Below, piece by piece: positions 54,767 through 56,559 of a stretch of 56,559 bases of DNA. Made by a program: the position numbers and the translations under genes. Each line of letters begins with the position of its first letter. The stretch's first letter is position 1. The notes below the pieces were generated by a model. It was not told where the DNA came from and made no database searches. It saw only the letters and a program-made list of their open reading frames with translations. Source of the DNA: Minisyncoccota bacterium (GTDB lineage Bacteria; Patescibacteriota; Minisyncoccia; Phycocordibacterales; UBA5272); assembly GCA_018062965.1 (NCBI GenBank), contig JAGORG010000006.1:1-56559 (forward strand), given 5' to 3'.

Positions 54767-54773
54767 TAGGGTA

Positions 54774-54801
54774 TTGACTTATTTTTTTATTGTGATACAA
54801 T
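54774..54801 (+). promoter_or_regulatory. sigma70-type promoter TTGACT-N16-(TGa)TACAAT
   Basis: Upstream of the GC-rich lipoprotein gene, giving a leader of about 70 nt that ends in the SD GGAGA. Confidence 0.5.
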
Positions 54802-54874
54802 AAATTCACCGAAAGTAGCAGTATGGATTGCACTTAAGGAAGACGTTCTGTTTATAAACCTGACTGGAGAAATC

Positions 54875-55174
54875 ATGAAAAAATCCTTTGTTTCCATGCC
54901 TGTTGCCGCCCTCATCATGGCACTCTGCGGCTGCGCCATCGCACAGCCCGCAGAGCCCGCCGCAACGGCCAGCACGGCAACCTCCGCTCCCGCTCCGAAG
55001 AAATGGACCTGCGAAGCCCCGAACCTGATTTCGGCTACCTACGGTGGCGGCGACTGGGCTTCGGTGCACCTGTCTCCGTACAGCTCCGGTGGTAGCTACC
55101 GTGTCACCAAGGAAGGTGCCACGGCTACTGGTGTGACCGCAAACGGCACCAAGTTCATCTGCACCCAGAAATAG
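54875..55174 (+). CDS. small putative lipoprotein in a sharply GC-rich segment
   Basis: MKKSFVSMPVAALIMALCGC is a signal plus lipobox-like LCGC. GC3-rich codons. SD GGAGA lies 5 nt upstream. Confidence 0.65.
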   Translation: MKKSFVSMPVAALIMALCGCAIAQPAEPAATASTATSAPAPKKWTCEAPNLISATYGGGDWASVHLSPYSSGGSYRVTKEGATATGVTANGTKFICTQK

Positions 55175-55212
55175 GCAAGCAGTCCAATGGCTTCACCGCC
55201 AAACAAAAGAGT

Positions 55213-55245
55213 CCCCTCTGTTGAAAAACAGGGGGGCTTTTCTTT
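55213..55245 (+). terminator. rho-independent terminator
   Basis: cccctctgtt-gaaaa-acaggggggcttttcttt. Confidence 0.75.
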
Positions 55246-55314
55246 ATTGGGGTTAATTGAGTGTAAGGTAGGTTTTATTGTACAGCTTATTATCTGTGGT
55301 AGAATAGCTCCATT

Positions 55315-56559
55315 ATGAAAGCAAAGATTAAAGCGTTTTGGATGATTGTTGTGGTTCTACTTATTGGCGGATGGCTTTGGAAAGGGGACACTCTATTTAA
55401 TGGAGAGTTCAAAAAAGACTTTGTTTTAGGGCTTGATTTGGCGGGAGGAGCAGCTTTAACGTATACAATTGAGACTAGCTCACTTCCAAAAGAAGTAAAC
55501 GTTAACGAGAGCGTAGAAGCTCTTAGAGATGTTGTTGAGCGGCGAGTGAACCTTTTTGGAGTTCGTGAACCAACAGTAACTACTCAGTTTAGCCGCCTTC
55601 AGCAGGAGTGGAGATTGGTTGTTGAGCTTCCTGGCGTTGCTAACGTTGATGAGGCTGCCAAGCTGATCGGCGAAACTCCGGTGCTTGAATTTAGAACCAG
55701 TAAACCTGACGCCAAAGAACTTACCGCTTCTTCAACTCTCTTGGATCTTGTCAATAATTTCGAAAGAACAGAACTTTCAGGCAGCTATCTAAAGAGGGCA
55801 GCTCTTGTGTTTGACCCAACTACTAATCGACCAATGGTAGAGCTTACCTTTGATGAGGTAGGCGCTCAGCTTTTTGCTACCATTACTAAAGAAAATATTG
55901 GCAAGCAAGTTGCGATATTCTTAGATGGTGTGCCAATCTCGTCTCCAACTGTTAACGAAGAAATCACAGCTGGGAAGGCAGTTATTTCAGGAGACTTTAC
56001 TATTGAGGAAGCGCGTATTTTGGTGGGGCGACTTAATTCAGGGGCTCTTCCAGTGCCAATTACTCTTGTCGGGAAGACAATTGTTGAGCCATCACTCGGT
56101 GAAAAGGCTGTTGGAGCAGGAGCTAAAGCGGCAGTCGCAGGTTTCGGACTCATCGCCCTTTTCATGATTCTCTGGTACAGACTTCCAGGAGTTATGGCAT
56201 CACTTGCACTTGTTTCATATGTGGTGATTATGCTCACACTCTTTAAACTAATCCCAGTTACGCTCACATCCGCGGGTATTGCAGGTCTTATTATCTCGCT
56301 TGGTCTTGCAGTGGATGCGAACGTTCTTACATTTGAAAGAATGAAAGAAGAACTCGCTCGTGGGAAAGGTTTGCGAGATGCTATGGAAACAGGGTTTGCA
56401 CGAGCGTGGACATCAATTCGCGATTCACATATTGCAGCTATTATCGTATCGGTAATTCTTTTCTGGTTCGGAACCTCTGTCGTGAAAGGGTTTGCCTTCA
56501 CGTTTTTCTTAGGTGCAGTTATATCACTCTTTTCAGCTCAGGTAGTAACGCGACTCTTT
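55315..56559 (+). CDS. secD: protein translocase subunit SecD (5' part; runs off the window)
   Basis: Open frame of 415 codons, absent from the ORF track because it has no stop. LGLDLAGG, VERRVNLFGVREP, VVELPGV and the TM bundle LAVDANVLTFERMKEE. TGGTAGAAT lies 10 nt upstream. Confidence 0.85.
   Translation, partial: MKAKIKAFWMIVVVLLIGGWLWKGDTLFNGEFKKDFVLGLDLAGGAALTYTIETSSLPKEVNVNESVEALRDVVERRVNLFGVREPTVTTQFSRLQQEWRLVVELPGVANVDEAAKLIGETPVLEFRTSKPDAKELTASSTLLDLVNNFERTELSGSYLKRAALVFDPTTNRPMVELTFDEVGAQLFATITKENIGKQVAIFLDGVPISSPTVNEEITAGKAVISGDFTIEEARILVGRLNSGALPVPITLVGKTIVEPSLGEKAVGAGAKAAVAGFGLIALFMILWYRLPGVMASLALVSYVVIMLTLFKLIPVTLTSAGIAGLIISLGLAVDANVLTFERMKEELARGKGLRDAMETGFARAWTSIRDSHIAAIIVSVILFWFGTSVVKGFAFTFFLGAVISLFSAQVVTRLF

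Noticed and set aside
1-56559. Alternative genetic code (UGA recoded, as in some CPR lineages)
   Set aside because: Well-supported genes end cleanly at TGA (for example 2377-2379 and 30649-30651), TAA or TAG. No conserved protein requires read-through of a stop codon.

Overview
About 56.6 kb of a compact, AT-leaning bacterial chromosome using the standard code (TGA, TAA and TAG all end good ORFs). Gene content and style fit a Patescibacteria/CPR (Parcubacteria-like) organism; this assignment is an inference. The style includes many membrane-anchored hypotheticals, TGnTATACT-type extended -10 boxes 6-10 nt before start codons, and rplK with no rplA after it. Housekeeping backbone: secE-nusG-rplK, argS, T-box-ileS-recO, metG, rpsF-ssb-rpsR, ndk, infC-rpmI-rplT, ssrA-smpB, ftsH, tRNA-Ile(UAU), recG and partial secD. 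Four regions stand out. (1) 1-5255 is a cassette-like array. Unrelated small genes are each bounded by a GTTCTAATCC core, near-identical 87-bp repeats and reiterated terminator-promoter modules, and the array ends against a truncated methyltransferase gene. (2) 13.5-16.9 kb is a thymidylate-synthesis cluster with two DHFR-type genes that use Shine-Dalgarno sites, unlike most neighbours. (3) ileS carries an in-frame histidine-phosphatase domain of about 200 aa. (4) 44.1-55.2 kb is an accessory island of membrane or secreted proteins. It holds two Cys-rich paralogs, a YNT-repeat protein and an HTTM-like/TPR pair. Divergent from these is an AT-rich operon: small peptide, unknown protein, PRTase-beta-propeller fusion and a TOMM-type YcaO. 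A sharply GC-rich lipoprotein gene follows. I also see a structured RNA motif present twice with compensatory changes, and an unassigned small ncRNA candidate with its own promoter and terminator. GC statements are by-eye estimates, and no database search was possible.
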